Origin: Octopus vulgaris
Lineage: Eukaryota
Reading direction: 5' to 3'
Assembly: GCA_951406725.2 (NCBI GenBank)
Contig: OX597816.1
Span: 93,992,001-94,056,000 of the forward strand
Length of the DNA stretch: 64,000 nt
Position 1 is the stretch's first letter; every line of letters starts with the position of its first letter. The translations under genes were made by a program, and so were the position numbers. The notes beneath the pieces were generated by a model. The model was given only the letters and a program-made list of their open reading frames with translations, was not told the origin of the DNA and searched no databases. Below, piece after piece: positions 26,482 through 40,083 of the stretch.

Positions 26482-26908
26482 ACAGGTTTGGTTATGTGGT
26501 AAGAAGCTTGCTTCCCAACGGCAAGATTCCGGGTTCAGTCTCATTCTGTGACACTTTGGGCAAGTGTCTTCTGCTATAGACTCGGGCCGACCAAAGTCTT
26601 TTGAGCAGATTTGGAAATTGAAAGAAGCGCATCGTTTGTCGGGCCGACCAGAGTCTTTTGAGCGGATTTGGAAATTGAAAGAAGCCCATCGTTTATATGT
26701 GTGTGTGTGTCTTTCTCTCCTTCCCCACCGCTTAGCAACCGGTGTTTACGTAACCGTAATTTAGCGGTTTGGCAAAAGAGACCGATAGAATAAGTACCAG
26801 TCTTTAAAAAAATAAGTATTGGGTTCGACTCATTCGCCTAAAAATTCTTCAAGGCAGTGCCCCAGTATGGCCGCAGTCAAATGCCTGAAACAAGTAAAAG
26901 TTAAAAGA
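26482..26908 (+). mobile_element. SINE family B (tRNA-like head, CORE-like motif, internal TA/TG tract, AAGTAAAAG tail) with an internal duplication of about 57 bp
   Basis: Aligns with 39650-40070 and 61788-62190. TCGGGCCGACCA...GAAAGAAGC.CATCGTTT occurs twice. Confidence 0.9.
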
Positions 26909-28398
26909 TCTACTCAATCAAATATATAAACGCTCATTAAGGATTTTTTTCAAAAAACAACATCAACTTCAGATTTATAGAATATTTGTAAAATTCAATG
27001 ATAGCAACCAATCATAAAAGTTATGCGAACTTCACAGAACTTCTGAATATGAAAATAAAAATAAAAGATGGATTAAAAAGTAGTAAACGAGAATTTATTT
27101 GTATTTTTTTACTTTTGGGTCGGGTAGTGAATTTTCTATATTTTAGACTAAGGAAGATAAAATCCTTGAGCTTTGGAACCGCTGGGAGAAATTAAGTATA
27201 TATCGTTATTCTCGTAGGTTGTTGTGACAGGAATTACTTTATCACATTATAAAATTGTCCTCACATGCGAGAACATTTGCATCGGAGTGAACACAACTAA
27301 AGGTCTTCCGCTTAGTTTCCGACTGAGTCTTTGTCATTCACAAATTTGAGCTCAAACTGTGTGTGTAGAGAGAGAGAGAGCCAGATGAGTGAGAAGTCCA
27401 TGAACAGTTCCCAACAGTTGATCACGAAACAAATAGTTGTCCATATCAGCTTAAAGATATTATACAGTGATCTGAAGAAATAAATTGCATGGTTTATTAC
27501 TAAATATTACCTTTGCCGTCTATGCTAAAACACCGTATGTTCACATCCAAAGGCTCATAGAATTTAAAAGTCTCATCGAGGTAGTAGTTTTTGCTTCCTC
27601 TCTTTACTTTATGCATGATAAAATGATGGCAGCTAAGCCAAAACCATCAAGGTTAGTTGAGACAGAAGAGAGACAACTCAGGTGATTTGAAGTACCTAAT
27701 CTGATAGCTGACTGCTTTGAATTCCATACCCATCCTGTACTGACGTAGATTTTTGTTCTTTTTGTTATCTGAGATCAGTTTGCATTGCCATGCTGTCTGT
27801 GTGTATATACATATTACCGCGTCTTCAGTGTAGTTTGAATGTTGATAAGCTAAAGTATTGAATGTTTGAATTTAGATAAGATAAATTATTGAATGCTTGA
27901 ACGTCAACCTTATTAAATGGATAACGTGTCAACGTCTCGCCACCATCGATCGTAAGATTAATATATCTCATAATTAAATCAGTGTTGCTTCATTTTACTT
28001 TTGTTACATACCTCGTTCCAAGGAAGGATCAAAGTGGCTGGGGAGCCAGTTTTAAATCATAAATAGGTATAAGTACCGCATTTCTTTCAGGATTTTCCAC
28101 GTCGTCTCACTGGAGCCGCTATAATGAGTGAAAGAAGGTCAAGGAAACCGACTCTTCTCTACCACTACCAAGTCTCGTCTCGTAGACGAGGAGAGAACGG
28201 CTATTAAAATTTAAATGACATCAATAATCATAAAAGATTTAGAACTTGTATAAAAATTGCCAATTGAATAATGTGTTTTCTACAATTTAAAATACAATGT
28301 CTCATTACCAGTATTCTTGTTTCCTGTTTTCTTAATATTAATTTTTTAATAGCCTACCGTATTTCTGAGTTTGTGCGCGTGTAGAGATAAAGCTAAAT

Positions 28399-28448
<50 letters not shown>

Positions 28449-29427
28449 CCTCTCTCTTTCTCTCTCTCCCCTTCCCTCTCTCTCACTCTCTCTATCTTTC
28501 CTCTCCCTCAACTACATACATACATACATACATACATGCATACAAACGTGCATAGACTAACGTTTATTAACGCAGTAAATTACATGCACAATATACCCAC
28601 TGAACAATTACTGTGGTGCTTTTCTTGTGAAATGACTAGTTTAATAGTTTAATCTCTTGTATATTAAATGTAAAAAAAAAAATCTGTATCCAAGACAAAT
28701 TACATCTTTCTCAATGCACAAATTCTGAATTTCTTATAAAGATCATTTGGAGATGGGGATGTAGGGCCAAAGGAAGTGAAGTGGAGTGAAGACTAGGTGA
28801 AATATAAGACTGCAGTGAAAAGCTCAGTCCTACTAAGTGAGCGACTGGCGTCGGAGAAGCAGTCAGCCGTACCAAAAGAAAAATATTTGAACACAAAACT
28901 TAAGCCTCCAGGCGCGGAAAGAAGACTGTAAGTAACTTAGACGCAAGCAAGACTAAAAACATAAAGTATATTATCATACAAACTTGTGTATTTTGATAGA
29001 ATCAAAAACCTGTGACATACTACGTTTAGTAAAGTGTTTTTGTTGATCATAAGAGTTAAGTTGAACATGAAGATAAAGTTGAAGTATTTGAAACTGGTTC
29101 AGAAATTAATTGTTCAAAACCAAAAAGATTATTTTGTTTTTCTTTATGAATTGAAAATTTGCTATCATAGTTTTATCAAAGGGGAAAAAATGTAGTAAAA
29201 GAAAGAAACGACTGATTAGTTTAATATTTTCTTCTACCTTATTATCCTTATATTACAAGAAATAATATCATTATCCTTACAAGTAACATTATAACAGAGC
29301 TTTTAATTTCTAAGTTAGTTCAGCATAACTGTTATAGTCTTTGCTTTTACCGGTTATGCTACCAAACTGAGTAAAGCAGAAAGTCTAAGTAGATTGCCCG
29401 TTACGTGATATGAACTCTCGACTCTTT

Positions 29428-29783
29428 AGGAGTTGCTGTGTGGTAAGAAGCTTGCTTACAACCACATGGTTCCGGGTTCAGTCCCACTGGGTGGCACCTT
29501 GGGCAAGTGTCTTCTACTATAGTCTCGGGCCGACCAAAGCTTTGTGAGTGGATTTGGTAAATGGAAACTGAAAGAAGCCCGTTGTATATGTGTGTGTGTT
29601 TGTGTGTCTGTTTATCCCCACAACATCGCTTGACAACCGATGCTAATGCGTTAACGTCCCTGTAACTTAGCGGTTCGGCAAAAGAGACCAATAGAATTAG
29701 TCCTGGGGTGCTCCAGCATGGCCGCAGTCAAATGTGGTGCTACAGCATGACCGCAGTCAAATGACTGAAACAAGTAAAAGAAT
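29428..29783 (+). mobile_element. SINE family B with a duplicated GTGCT.CAGCATG.CCGCAGTCAAATG
   Basis: Direct alignment to other family B copies. Confidence 0.9.
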
Positions 29784-30460
29784 AACCCAACAATTTATCA
29801 GCTGTCGAATTATAGCATTGACTGATTGGTTTATCGCATTGGATTAAAGGATTTGTAGCGTTTATTTTTTGTCTTACAAACATGTTGGCTGACTTTGTAT
29901 TTCTTCCCGCCAATGTTTAACTCCTCTCTTTCCTCTTCCATAAATCAAGAGGAAAACGCCTTGCAAACTGAAACTTTGAACTATTTTCCTCGTGCCTTTT
30001 AAGACTAAAAGAAATGACGTTTCATAAAACTGGTTCCTCACCTTTTACAAGTAAATGCTTGATTTTGTACAAAAGGTGTGTTTTGAGTGCGTGTAACAGC
30101 ACCGGAGAGGAAGGGTTGAGTTTCCAGGGAGCCAAGACTGCATGTCGGTTTCAAGGTTTACATGCCAAATCAAAAGAAATTGTTTTACTTTCTTTGTAAT
30201 GAACTCCGTTACATTCCAATTAATTACCAGAAAACATGATTTCACCATCCCAGGACCCATTTGTGATTTCATTTCTGCAGAAGTAAATTGATATCATATT
30301 TTTGTTTTGTTTTTTTTAAATATTGTTAGTTATTTATTCCCAACACAAGCGTTGGGTCTTTTCTGCTGCTGTCGCAGTTTTTGAAATTTTAAAATTAAGT
30401 GAAAATTTTTAAAGTTGGTATATTGATGTAATTTTTCAGGTTGAATATGATTTTGTTATA

Positions 30461-30860
30461 CTCTCTCTTTTACTCACTTTTACTTGTTTCAGTCATTTGA
30501 CTGCGGCCATGCTGGAGCACCGCCTTTAGTCGAGCAAATCGACCCCGAGACTTATTCTTTCTAAGCCTAGTACTTATTTTATCGGTCTCTTTTGCCGAAC
30601 CGCTAAGTGATGGGGACAAAACTAACCAGCATCAGTTGCCAAGCAATGCTAGGGGGACAAACACAGACACACAAACATACACACACATATATACATACAT
30701 ATATACGACGGGCTTCTTTCAGTTTCCGTCTACCAAATCCACTCACAAGGCCGAGGCTATAAGTAGAAGACATTTGCCCAAGATGCCAGGCAGTGGGACT
30801 GAACCCGGAACCATGTGGTTGGTAAGCAAGCTACTTACCACACAGCCACTCCTGCACCTA
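30461..30860 (-). mobile_element. SINE family B
   Basis: Runs from CTTTTACTTGTTTCAGTCATTTGACTGCGGCC to CCACACAGCCACTCCTGCACC. Confidence 0.92.
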
Positions 30861-31339
30861 TGCAGAAAATTTTGGGAAAATATTATAGAAGTGTCAAGTT
30901 TGATCAGTTTTACCCAATCAAAAAACAGGGTTTGGAAGCTGGAATTTTTTACGTTGTAGCTGTCTGTCACAATATGAAATCAAAAACATTACGACGACGA
31001 ATTTTTTATTAAATGAAAGCAAAACATTACGACGGCGAACGCTGTAAGAAGTTTCAAAGTTTTGAAACGTTTTAATCAATAAAGGTATGTGAAACGGTAG
31101 AAAAAGTGTAAAAAGGGAAATTCCTCATTTTTTTTTCCGAGAAATTACAAAAAAAATAACTGTAATAATAGCTCAGTTCTTGTAATGCATTTTTTTTTGT
31201 AGCACAAATTCAAAAACAAAAGCTGAGATACACTCTAGGAGATTCTCAAACAAATAATGATTTTTGTATCTTTTGTGCCGCATAACCTCGCAGAGATACT
31301 AGTCAACTGTGGAATAATGAGTCCCACAGGATCGTTTAT

Positions 31340-31800
31340 TTCTTTTTTTTTTACAGATCCGCGGGCTTTTCACTCGTTGCGTGTGAGTATCATCTTTCGA
31401 GTAAATAAACTCAACGCTGTGGTTCACTGTTCTATGTCGAAAATTATAACCATCAATTTCAGGAATGTGAGATTAGGCACTCCATAGGTCACTGAAAATT
31501 GCGGTTCCTCTCGTGTGTCGTGATTCCGACATGACATCGCGTAAGGAAAAACATGCCTGGTCTCGTGACACGTCCCTCGGAAAACCCACAACTCAGGTAG
31601 TACCTTTCCTCGGTTGTTTTTGCGTCTTGAGAAGACTGATTTGTCTATCTCACCAATCTTCCCAGAACCCCCTATTTGAATTAGGTTGCGGAGCTGGTAC
31701 ATATTTCACGAACATAGCTGTTGTATTCAGCAGCCGAGCAATGACTCATCCCCAATTCTTCATTACAAAACTGGACTGAAGTAAATTCTTTGACCCATGA
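31340..31800 (-). mobile_element. Merlin (IS1595/ISXO2-like) transposase fragment
   Basis: GGSGKIGEIDKSVFSRRKNNRGK.LPELWVF matches the Merlin EIDES..RK..RGR..WVFG motif. Downstream VNHSVEF...THTQRV matches VNHS..F..HTN.IE. Confidence 0.8.
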
Positions 31801-32119
31801 GTAAAGGAAATTTACAAACTTTAAAAGCTATTAACATTTTATAAATTAATTTATGGTAAAAATGAATTTCTCTTCCATAATTAGCTTACAAAACTACAGC
31901 AGTGCACCAAAATTGAAACCAACTCGGATATAATTTTAAAAAATAGAAAACTTTGACAGCAACAGCATAGATCCCAAGTATCCTAGCATTTGGATGATGA
32001 AAGTAACAAAAAAGTGTTTGCTACACTCAGGCGGAACACATACAACAAAAGCATCGATTTATCGTTTCCACCCCCAAGCACACACCCACCCACCTTAATG
32101 TCTACATCTTCCGACGGTG

Positions 32120-32170
<51 letters not shown>

Positions 32171-33259
32171 CACACACACACACACAAACGACAGGATTCT
32201 GCTTACTAAATTCAACTCACAAGGCACTAATCAAACCAAAGTTTTTGTAGAAAGGAGTTCCCCAACGTCCCTTGCAGAGATCAAAACAGGCTACGTAACT
32301 ACGAACTTTCAACTCACACAGCCATGCTTGCTGTCATATTACCTCTAGTTGCAATGATAGATAATTGGACTGCCGAAGGGTCGGCAGTTGCTATTGAATA
32401 GTTAACATTGTTCAAAACTCCTGGCAAATTATGTCTAAAACAAAAAAAAAAATATATATATATATATAGGCTGTTCAATATTGGAATGAATTTGATCATA
32501 GATTTGCTCAATAGGAGTTGATCTGGAACTAAATAACGACAATATCACTTAATTTTCTGTATAAAAGAGAGTCGCATTCACTCTTTCACTCCAAGCACTT
32601 AAGCTTTGCAAAGGACTAAAATTACTTGCTCTTCTCTCCATGTCATTTCGCAAACTATATGGATTCACAAGACAAGTATTCTCGTTCCTGCTTTTAATAA
32701 TGCAAACACCTGAGTGATAAATAGCAAATTTACAATATTAAAATTTACTTTCAGTTAGTACTTATCGACCAATTTCAGAAAGATAAATGGTAAATTCGAC
32801 CACGGAACTTAACACGATGTAACTTAACTTCGCTAGCCATTTTGTCTGCGATTCAATCGATCTACTACCCGATGTCTTTGTAATTTCATCTCCCAATAAA
32901 GCTAATGTTTTGAGTTCAAATCATTCCATTCATTTCGTTATTTACCATTCATTTAATATAATAATGCATCGTTTATATTATTATACCTAATATTTTAATT
33001 ACTTGGCACTCCACCGGTTTTTTAATTCAATAATCCACCAACTGAGACTTTCTTTTGTCATCTTCTTTGCTAGGCTGTTTAAATAGTAATAAACAGGTTT
33101 CAACTAATTATTACCCTATAATAGACTCTTCACCAGGTTAAACTGGTTATGAACAAAATAATTGAATAGTTAGATTTAATGGTGTATTATATAATAAATT
33201 AAGCAGAGTTACTTGGAAATTACGTTTATCAGGTTAGTGTTAACATTGATTAGCATTGA

Positions 33260-33294
33260 TTCTCTCTCTCTCTCTCTCACACTCTCTCTCTCTT

Positions 33295-33359
<65 letters not shown>
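33260..33359. repeat. (CT)n microsatellite
   Basis: Direct reading. Confidence 0.95.
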
Positions 33360-33364
<5 letters not shown>

Positions 33365-34116
33365 CTTAACAATTAAGAAAGCATGGACCAAATTGAATTT
33401 TCATGTTACTAGAATTAGTATAGCTAGTTACAAAAGCACGTCGAACACTTACCATTAAGAAACTTATAAACTAAATAATTTGCGAAAATTCTTACTCATT
33501 ATGTAAGAGGTGAGGACTTTCAAAAAGAGTGAGGTTAAATATTCCTTCTGTTATTTATGCACTTCTTGACTATTTTATACAAACCACAAAAAGTAATCTT
33601 AGACTAGGATTGCGGTAACTTAACTAAACGTATTGTGTCAATTTTTCTGCAACAATAAAACTAATCAATCATATGTTTATCACGCTGATGGCTTCTCAAA
33701 TTCATAATACTAGATGTAGTAATGTAGCATATCTTCCTTGGACTTCAGTAACAGCCAGTTTTGGACCTAAATGGTCAGATCCACTCTTTCTTCTTTTGTG
33801 TGACAAATGATCTCCAGTTTTTAGAAATTTTGGCAAAATATAGGTATACTGTTAATTGCAATATTATAAAACTTTCGGGGTTGGGTTGAACTGAATTGTA
33901 AATTAAGGAATAAAATTTAATTTTTAAGGAATACATTCGGAATTAAAGGTCTGGAGTTTCCTTCTGAGTCCCGTTACATTTGTGTGTGGCGAGTTTATTC
34001 AACTGAATAATTAAATACGATAAGCTTTGATACCTTCCCTGCAATAATCTGTCGAATCATTTCTTTTTTTTTTTATGTCCTTTTATCAAAGATATCAACG
34101 TATAGCAATTTCGAAA

Positions 34117-34346
34117 GGCGGCGAGCTGGCAGAACCGTTAGCACGCCGGACGAAATGTGTAGCCGTATTTCGTCTACCGTTACGTTCTGAGTTCAAATTC
34201 CGCCGAGGTCGACTTTGCCTTTCATCCTTTCGGGGTCGATAAATTAAGTACCAGTTACGCACTGGGGTCGAGGTAATCGACTTAATCCATTTGTCTGTCC
34301 TTGTTTGTCCCCTCTATGTTTAGCCCCTTGTGGGTAATAAAGAAAC
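34117..34346 (+). mobile_element. SINE family A, full-length young copy with 21-bp TSD
   Basis: A-box-like TGGCAGAACCGTT and B-box GAGTTCAAATTCC. Identical AGATATCAACGTATAGCAATT at 34090-34110 and 34347-34367. Confidence 0.95.
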
Positions 34347-34969
34347 AGATATCAACGTATAGCAATTCCATACACGCATTTGTTAGTGACATAGCATTTC
34401 ACTGCCTCTATATGTTTCTAGTTCCTTGTTCCGTTTACTATTATTAACCGAAGGCATACATGTCCACCTTTTCAGTCAATAAGATTTCCCTGAATCTTGA
34501 GATTAAGCTCTTAAAATCTCGTAGTACTTAAATGATACCAATGCCTTGAAATACTTAACTACCTTTTACATTCGCTACACATTCTAGAATTTACTACACC
34601 TTAAATATAAAATTGCATCTCGAAAATTGTTTTGCTCATTTGCTTTGTTTTGTTTTGTTTTTCTTTTTGCTTTTCGTTTTTTTTTTTTTCATGAAAACAG
34701 AAAGTAAATAAATATTGCAGCTTTGGAATGCTATTGATACAATCTAACTTTCAACAGAGTATCATGCTTATATGTAGTAATTTGAGTATTATTTAAAACA
34801 ATGAAGAATAACTTGTTTTATTTATATTTATTATTTGTTTATATCTATTCTGGTACTTGACTCTTTCAGGGCTTGCTCACTGCAATCGGTTCGATGAAGC
34901 GTGATCTGTTCGCATTCACTTCTTAGTACTGGGCAATATTATAATATTCTTGTGTACCGATCTTATGTA

Positions 34970-36110
34970 CAGGGTGCGTAAGATATTTGAGGACAGATTT
35001 ATGTTTATAAAAAAAAAAAAACAGCTATACAATAACAGATGAAAACTTTATTTATAAAAAAATGCTATGAGGAGAAAAACCTTCTTTTCTATAATGTTAT
35101 TCTATAAAACCACCTTCAGATTCAACAACTACTTCTATATGAGATCTAAATCATCTACATGCTCGAATCAGGTGGTCTGATTCATTTTGGACATTACTTT
35201 GACTATGGCAGTTTTCAAAGAATATTTGATATTATGGATGTGTTCATTGACCTCTCTCTCAACAACGCTCTACATGTAATAGTCCAATGAATTGAGATCT
35301 GGGGAATTAGGAGGCCAAATGTTGGGTTGTGTGATCATGAATATTTTCAGCCATCCATTCCTGTGTTACTAGAGCCGTGTGTGATAGCACAGAGTCTTAC
35401 TGAAGCACATATGACCTTCCATTGCATACACTGTCCATCCAGGGCTTAACAATTATTTCCAGGACCTCAATGTAGGCGACAGAGTTAACCCTAAGACCTT
35501 GTGGAAAGAAGTAAAGAGGCATCACATCGCCTTCATTGCTGACAACCCCTAAAACCATGATAGTTGCAGGAAATTTTGTATGCATAACACTTGAAACTTC
35601 AAAAGAGTTATAACTAGTAATCTATCATTTCTTCTGTTACCTTTTTGATCTTGATCGAAGTTTTTCTCGTTTGAGAAAAACCAAATCAAATCTTCTGCTG
35701 GATTTTTCAGTTTGTTTAAGAACCTTTCAGATCTATGTAGTGATTTTCTTTTGCATTTTCGGACAAATTGACTTCTCATCATATAAGACTTATATCTGAT
35801 GTCTTCGTGGACAACATTCCTTCTGACATGGCGATCTTTTGCAATTGACCTCATGAACTTTCTGGGATTGTAATCAATGGTCTGTTGAACTTGCTGGATA
35901 AATTCAGGTGTTCTGAGGATTTCAGGGCGTTTATGCTTTGCTACTGTTCATACGTTTCCATATTCAGTCTCCAGCTCCTTACAAACTTTGTAGACGAAAG
36001 ATCTGGCAACTTTTAAAAATCGAAATATTTCTAAATCACTATGCTCAGCCTTTAAACTACAATAACAGCATGCCTCTTCATTTTTAGAGTAAGCTGAAGA
36101 CGCGACAAAA
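34970..36110 (-). mobile_element. Decayed maT/Bmmar1-like (DD37D) Tc1/mariner transposon
   Basis: TA|CAGGGTG terminus. Remnants FFSNEKNF, KFPATIMVLGVVSNEG and Q*DS...WPPNSPDLNSLDY, with 37 residues between the last two D after restoring one frameshift. Confidence 0.85.
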
Positions 36111-37024
36111 GTACCATTGGTATTAAAGCTTTCCTTCAGATATGTAATTCTTTCTCCTTTCACCGAAAAATATGTTTTCCTGAAAAATGTCTTTGCCTGA
36201 TCATACAATACTCTGATATCATTAGAATATGTAGTCGTTGCTCTTTTGGGGTCAAGTCGTGTTCCTAAGAGTACATGCTAATACAGATTTTCATGTTATC
36301 AAATAAACGGTATGATATTTAAAATTTGAATACTCACCTAAGAAGCTTCTTTAACATCATTTTCTGCTTCACAACTCTGTAAATTTTAACAACCATGAAA
36401 CTTGACTCCGAAAGGATGAAAGGCAAAGCTGGTCGTCAAATTTTGACCTCATGATTAATCAACAGAAATCAATATTTTATCAACTCCACACAGTATGTTC
36501 TTATGTCTATTCTAAAGTGTCTTTTCGAAAATCAGTGTCAAAAAATAAGGTTTTTTGATTGCTCAAACCAAACAAGTGTGTCAAGTTTCTAATATTTTCC
36601 ATACAATCCTTAAAAGAGCGTAGGTTTCAAAATAATGATACAAAAATCTGATTATTCGCATGTTTATTCTTAACACTTTTAGGCAGGTTTAGGCACGAAG
36701 TATGCTGGTTATTGCAGTGTACGTTATAGGATCCTTTGCTTCAAGAACAAACTCGAGAGTGTAGGCGACTAGCTCAGTAAACTATAAGAAAACGAGCAGA
36801 AGGCAACGGGAAAACGCTGCAATATCTTTCCCACGAATAATCATCAATCATCAGGAGGTAGAGTCAACCAGAATAATCGACGTCCGTAAAACAGTTATGA
36901 CATATTAAGAGAAAGAGAATTTTACTAAAAAACTGATTTTTCACCCATGGATTTTCCACTTGTGCCCACTAATTTTATGCATATATTCATGCAGATTTAC
37001 ACACACACATACACACACATTATT

Positions 37025-37340
37025 CTATTATTTGCTTCAATCATTTGACTGCGGCCGTGCTGGATCACCGCCTTCGGTCGAACAAATCGACCCCAAGATT
37101 TATTCTTTGTAAGCCTATTATCCTATCGGTCTCTTTTGCTAAACCACCAAGTTACGGGGACGTAAACACACCAACATCGGTTGTCAAGCGAATGTGGGGA
37201 GATAAATACAGGACACAAAACATATATATATGTGTGTATGTATACGACGGGCTTCTTTCAGTTTCCGTCTACCAAATCCACTCACAAGGCTTTGGTCGGC
37301 CCGCGGCTATAGTAGAAGACACTCGCCCAAGATGCCATGC
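37025..37340 (-). mobile_element. SINE family B, 5'-truncated
   Basis: TCATTTGACTGCGGCC...GACGGGCTTCTTTCAGTTTCCGTCTACCAAATCC. Confidence 0.88.
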
Positions 37341-37629
37341 AAAGCCATGTTGTCCAGCAGAAACATGTGTAAGTCATTATGATATGCTGTATGTAACTAT
37401 AAAATAAATTCTGTGGTTGTACAAGTCTCCTTACTCTTTATTACTAATAATATATACTCCAGACAATTTTTAATATCCACGAAATTACCCAGCGGAAGAA
37501 TTCACGAAGTGACTAGCATAAAATTGTAGTCACATACGTTAAAAGTTGATGGTAGTGGTTAGCTATTAACTGGAACTTAATTGAGAGCTAATACGTTATT
37601 CGCCCGGATAATATATCCCTCCAAATTCA

Positions 37630-37781
37630 GTTGGACATTTCCTTCCTCTATGTTTCTGACGAAGAGCTCTACTCGAAACGTTAAATCCTCCATTTTTTCT
37701 TTCCTTTCTCGGGCGTCCAATAACACTATGCATGTTCCACGTCCTTGCGTTGTTGGGTTTTCTCTTTGTTCATGTTTGGAT

Positions 37782-37858
<77 letters not shown>

Positions 37859-37885
37859 ACGACACAGAGGAAGGAAATACATTTG
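37630..37885 (+). mobile_element. Penelope-like terminal-repeat fragment with (TA)n and a short inverted duplicate
   Basis: Contains the hammerhead motif at 37652-37686. ATTTCCTTCCTCT(A/G)TGT occurs at about 37637 (+) and inverted at about 37863-37879, across the (TA)n tract. Confidence 0.6.
37652..37686 (+). ncRNA. Minimal type I hammerhead ribozyme motif
   Basis: GUUU-CUGACGA-A-GAG(cucua)CUC-GAA-ACGU-U-AAAU: both conserved core boxes, short stems I and II, palindromic ACGU helix III. Confidence 0.6.
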
Positions 37886-37907
37886 TATTAAGTTCATGTA
37901 CCATTAC

Positions 37908-37942
<35 letters not shown>

Positions 37943-37989
37943 AACATACATATATATACACATGCAAGCCAACGATGGGGCCTCCAGAT

Positions 37990-38329
37990 CAAGGGTTCTC
38001 AATCAGTTTTTGTTTGTGTACCCCTTTGATTACTATTGTTTTGTGGTGGACCTCCATAGCCATTCGATGTTCAAAACTAGTTTTATAATTACTTGTTTCA
38101 AAATTCCTATTTTGTTTTTCATTCATTAACTTGTGTAGGTTGAACTATGTAAAACGTTAGAGAAAGAATCCCAGCTGTTTCTTGCAATACATACCAATAT
38201 AGACATTTAAAGCAAAATTTTTCAAGGGCCTTTAGAATACTAATGTAGATCCCCAATTTGCTATTTTACTGCATGGAACCCCAAAAATCTTATATGGATT
38301 CTCAGGGGCCATACGGTTAAGAACCACTG
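37990..38329. mobile_element. Non-autonomous hAT (Charlie-like) element
   Basis: Termini CAAGGGTTCTCAA and TTAAGAACCACTG. 8-bp TSD CTCCAGAT / CTCTAGAT (7/8 match, NTCTAGAN-type target). Confidence 0.8.
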
Positions 38330-39392
38330 CTCTAGATAATCATTCGACTGTTAGAAATAGTCAATTCTCCTTAAAATTACATCTCAACATTTTTTCCTAC
38401 TTTATATAATGTAGCCTTGATTACTCTGAAAAATCGAGATGGTCAAGTCAGGTATAGTTTTGACCTTGGATTTGCTTCATCAGAGATAATGACATTCACA
38501 TCTACTTATTTATACAATTCTCTATTTATCTATTTCTTCTTGGTATGTGTGCGGTGGGGGGGGGGGGGGGGTTATGCGCAGGTATTTATTCGGTAGAGAA
38601 AAATAAAATGAATAAAATAAAACGAATTCGGGATAAAATACCGAGATCGATATAACTAACCCAAACCCTTTATGGTGTTGCCCGAGCAAGCTGCATTCCA
38701 ATAACTGAAAGTAGTAAAGGACTAAATCATGCAGATCTACTCTTATCGAAGAATTTTGAGGTCTTTTCTATGGAATAAATTCCTGAAAACCAAAACAACA
38801 AAAAAAAAAGTATAGGAATCATTTTCTTTTTAATTTAAACCACAGAAAAAGAAAAAAAAACAACCCACCCTCTATATACACCCCCACAAAATTCAAATAA
38901 TAATGATGGAGGGGGTTTAGTGACGGGGAGGTGAGGGCTGGGGGTGTGTGTAGTGTTTTGTAGACTTCGGGCGCCGACATATTCATGTCAGCTGGTCGTG
39001 TAAGCTTTTACATAGTTAGGTTGCATGTCCAGCCGAGCGGATCCGTGACACGAGCTGTGGGAATAAACTACAGCAGCAACAACACACTTATCAACGTTTC
39101 ATTGACTCCTTCTCTCTCTCCCCCCTCAATCCCTCCCTCCCTCCCTTCTCCTTCTCCTCCTCCTCCACCTCCTTCTCTTCTCTTTTTCTTTCTCTCTCTT
39201 GCTCTTTTGCTTACTCCCTCAATTTCAAACCTTTTCATCGTAAATTCGCTATTTTTTTTTCTTTTTCTTTTCTTTATTTGTTGTCTTCGTTACGTTTTTC
39301 TTTCATTCCCAGTCATATGGGACTTTTTTGTCACAATGTATATCTCCCTCTACCACTCGATATTCTTTCCAAAGTAAAGCTGTACACACACA

Positions 39393-39445
<53 letters not shown>

Positions 39446-39649
39446 TCGTATACACATACGCCACACAAATACACAACAAGCATGCATTTGTGTATACATA
39501 CACGTGTAGCTTCTATGTGAACATATGCATTTGTACAAAGGTAACTTGATGTTTGCGCAGTAATTAATTAAATGATCCATTAAAGACAGGTAATCTCTTA
39601 CTACCTTGATTAGACACACTCAAATACACACACGCACACACGTATACAC

Positions 39650-40072
39650 ACTCTTTTACTCTCTTTTACTCTTTTACTTGTTTCAGTCATTTGACTGCGG
39701 CCATGCTGGAGCACCGCATTTAGTCGACCAAATCGACCCCAGGTCTTATTCTTTGTAAGCCTAGTACTTATTCTATCGGTCTCTTTTGCTGAACCGCTGA
39801 GTTACGGGGACGTAAACACACCAGCATCAGTTGTCAAGCGATGTTGGGGGGACAAACACAGACACACAAACATATACACACACACACATGTATATAATAT
39901 ATATATATACGACGGGCTTCTTTCAGTTTCCGTCTACCAAATCCACTCACAAGGCTTTGGTCGGCCCGAGGCTATAGTAGAAGACACTTGCCCAAGGTGC
40001 CATGCAGTGGGACTGAACCCGGAACCATGTGGTTCGTTAGCAAGCTACTTACCACACAGCCACTCCTACGCT
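39650..40072 (-). mobile_element. SINE family B, full length, (CTCTTTTA)n tail
   Basis: Complete head-to-tail match to other copies. Confidence 0.93.
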
Positions 40073-40083
40073 TATACACACAT

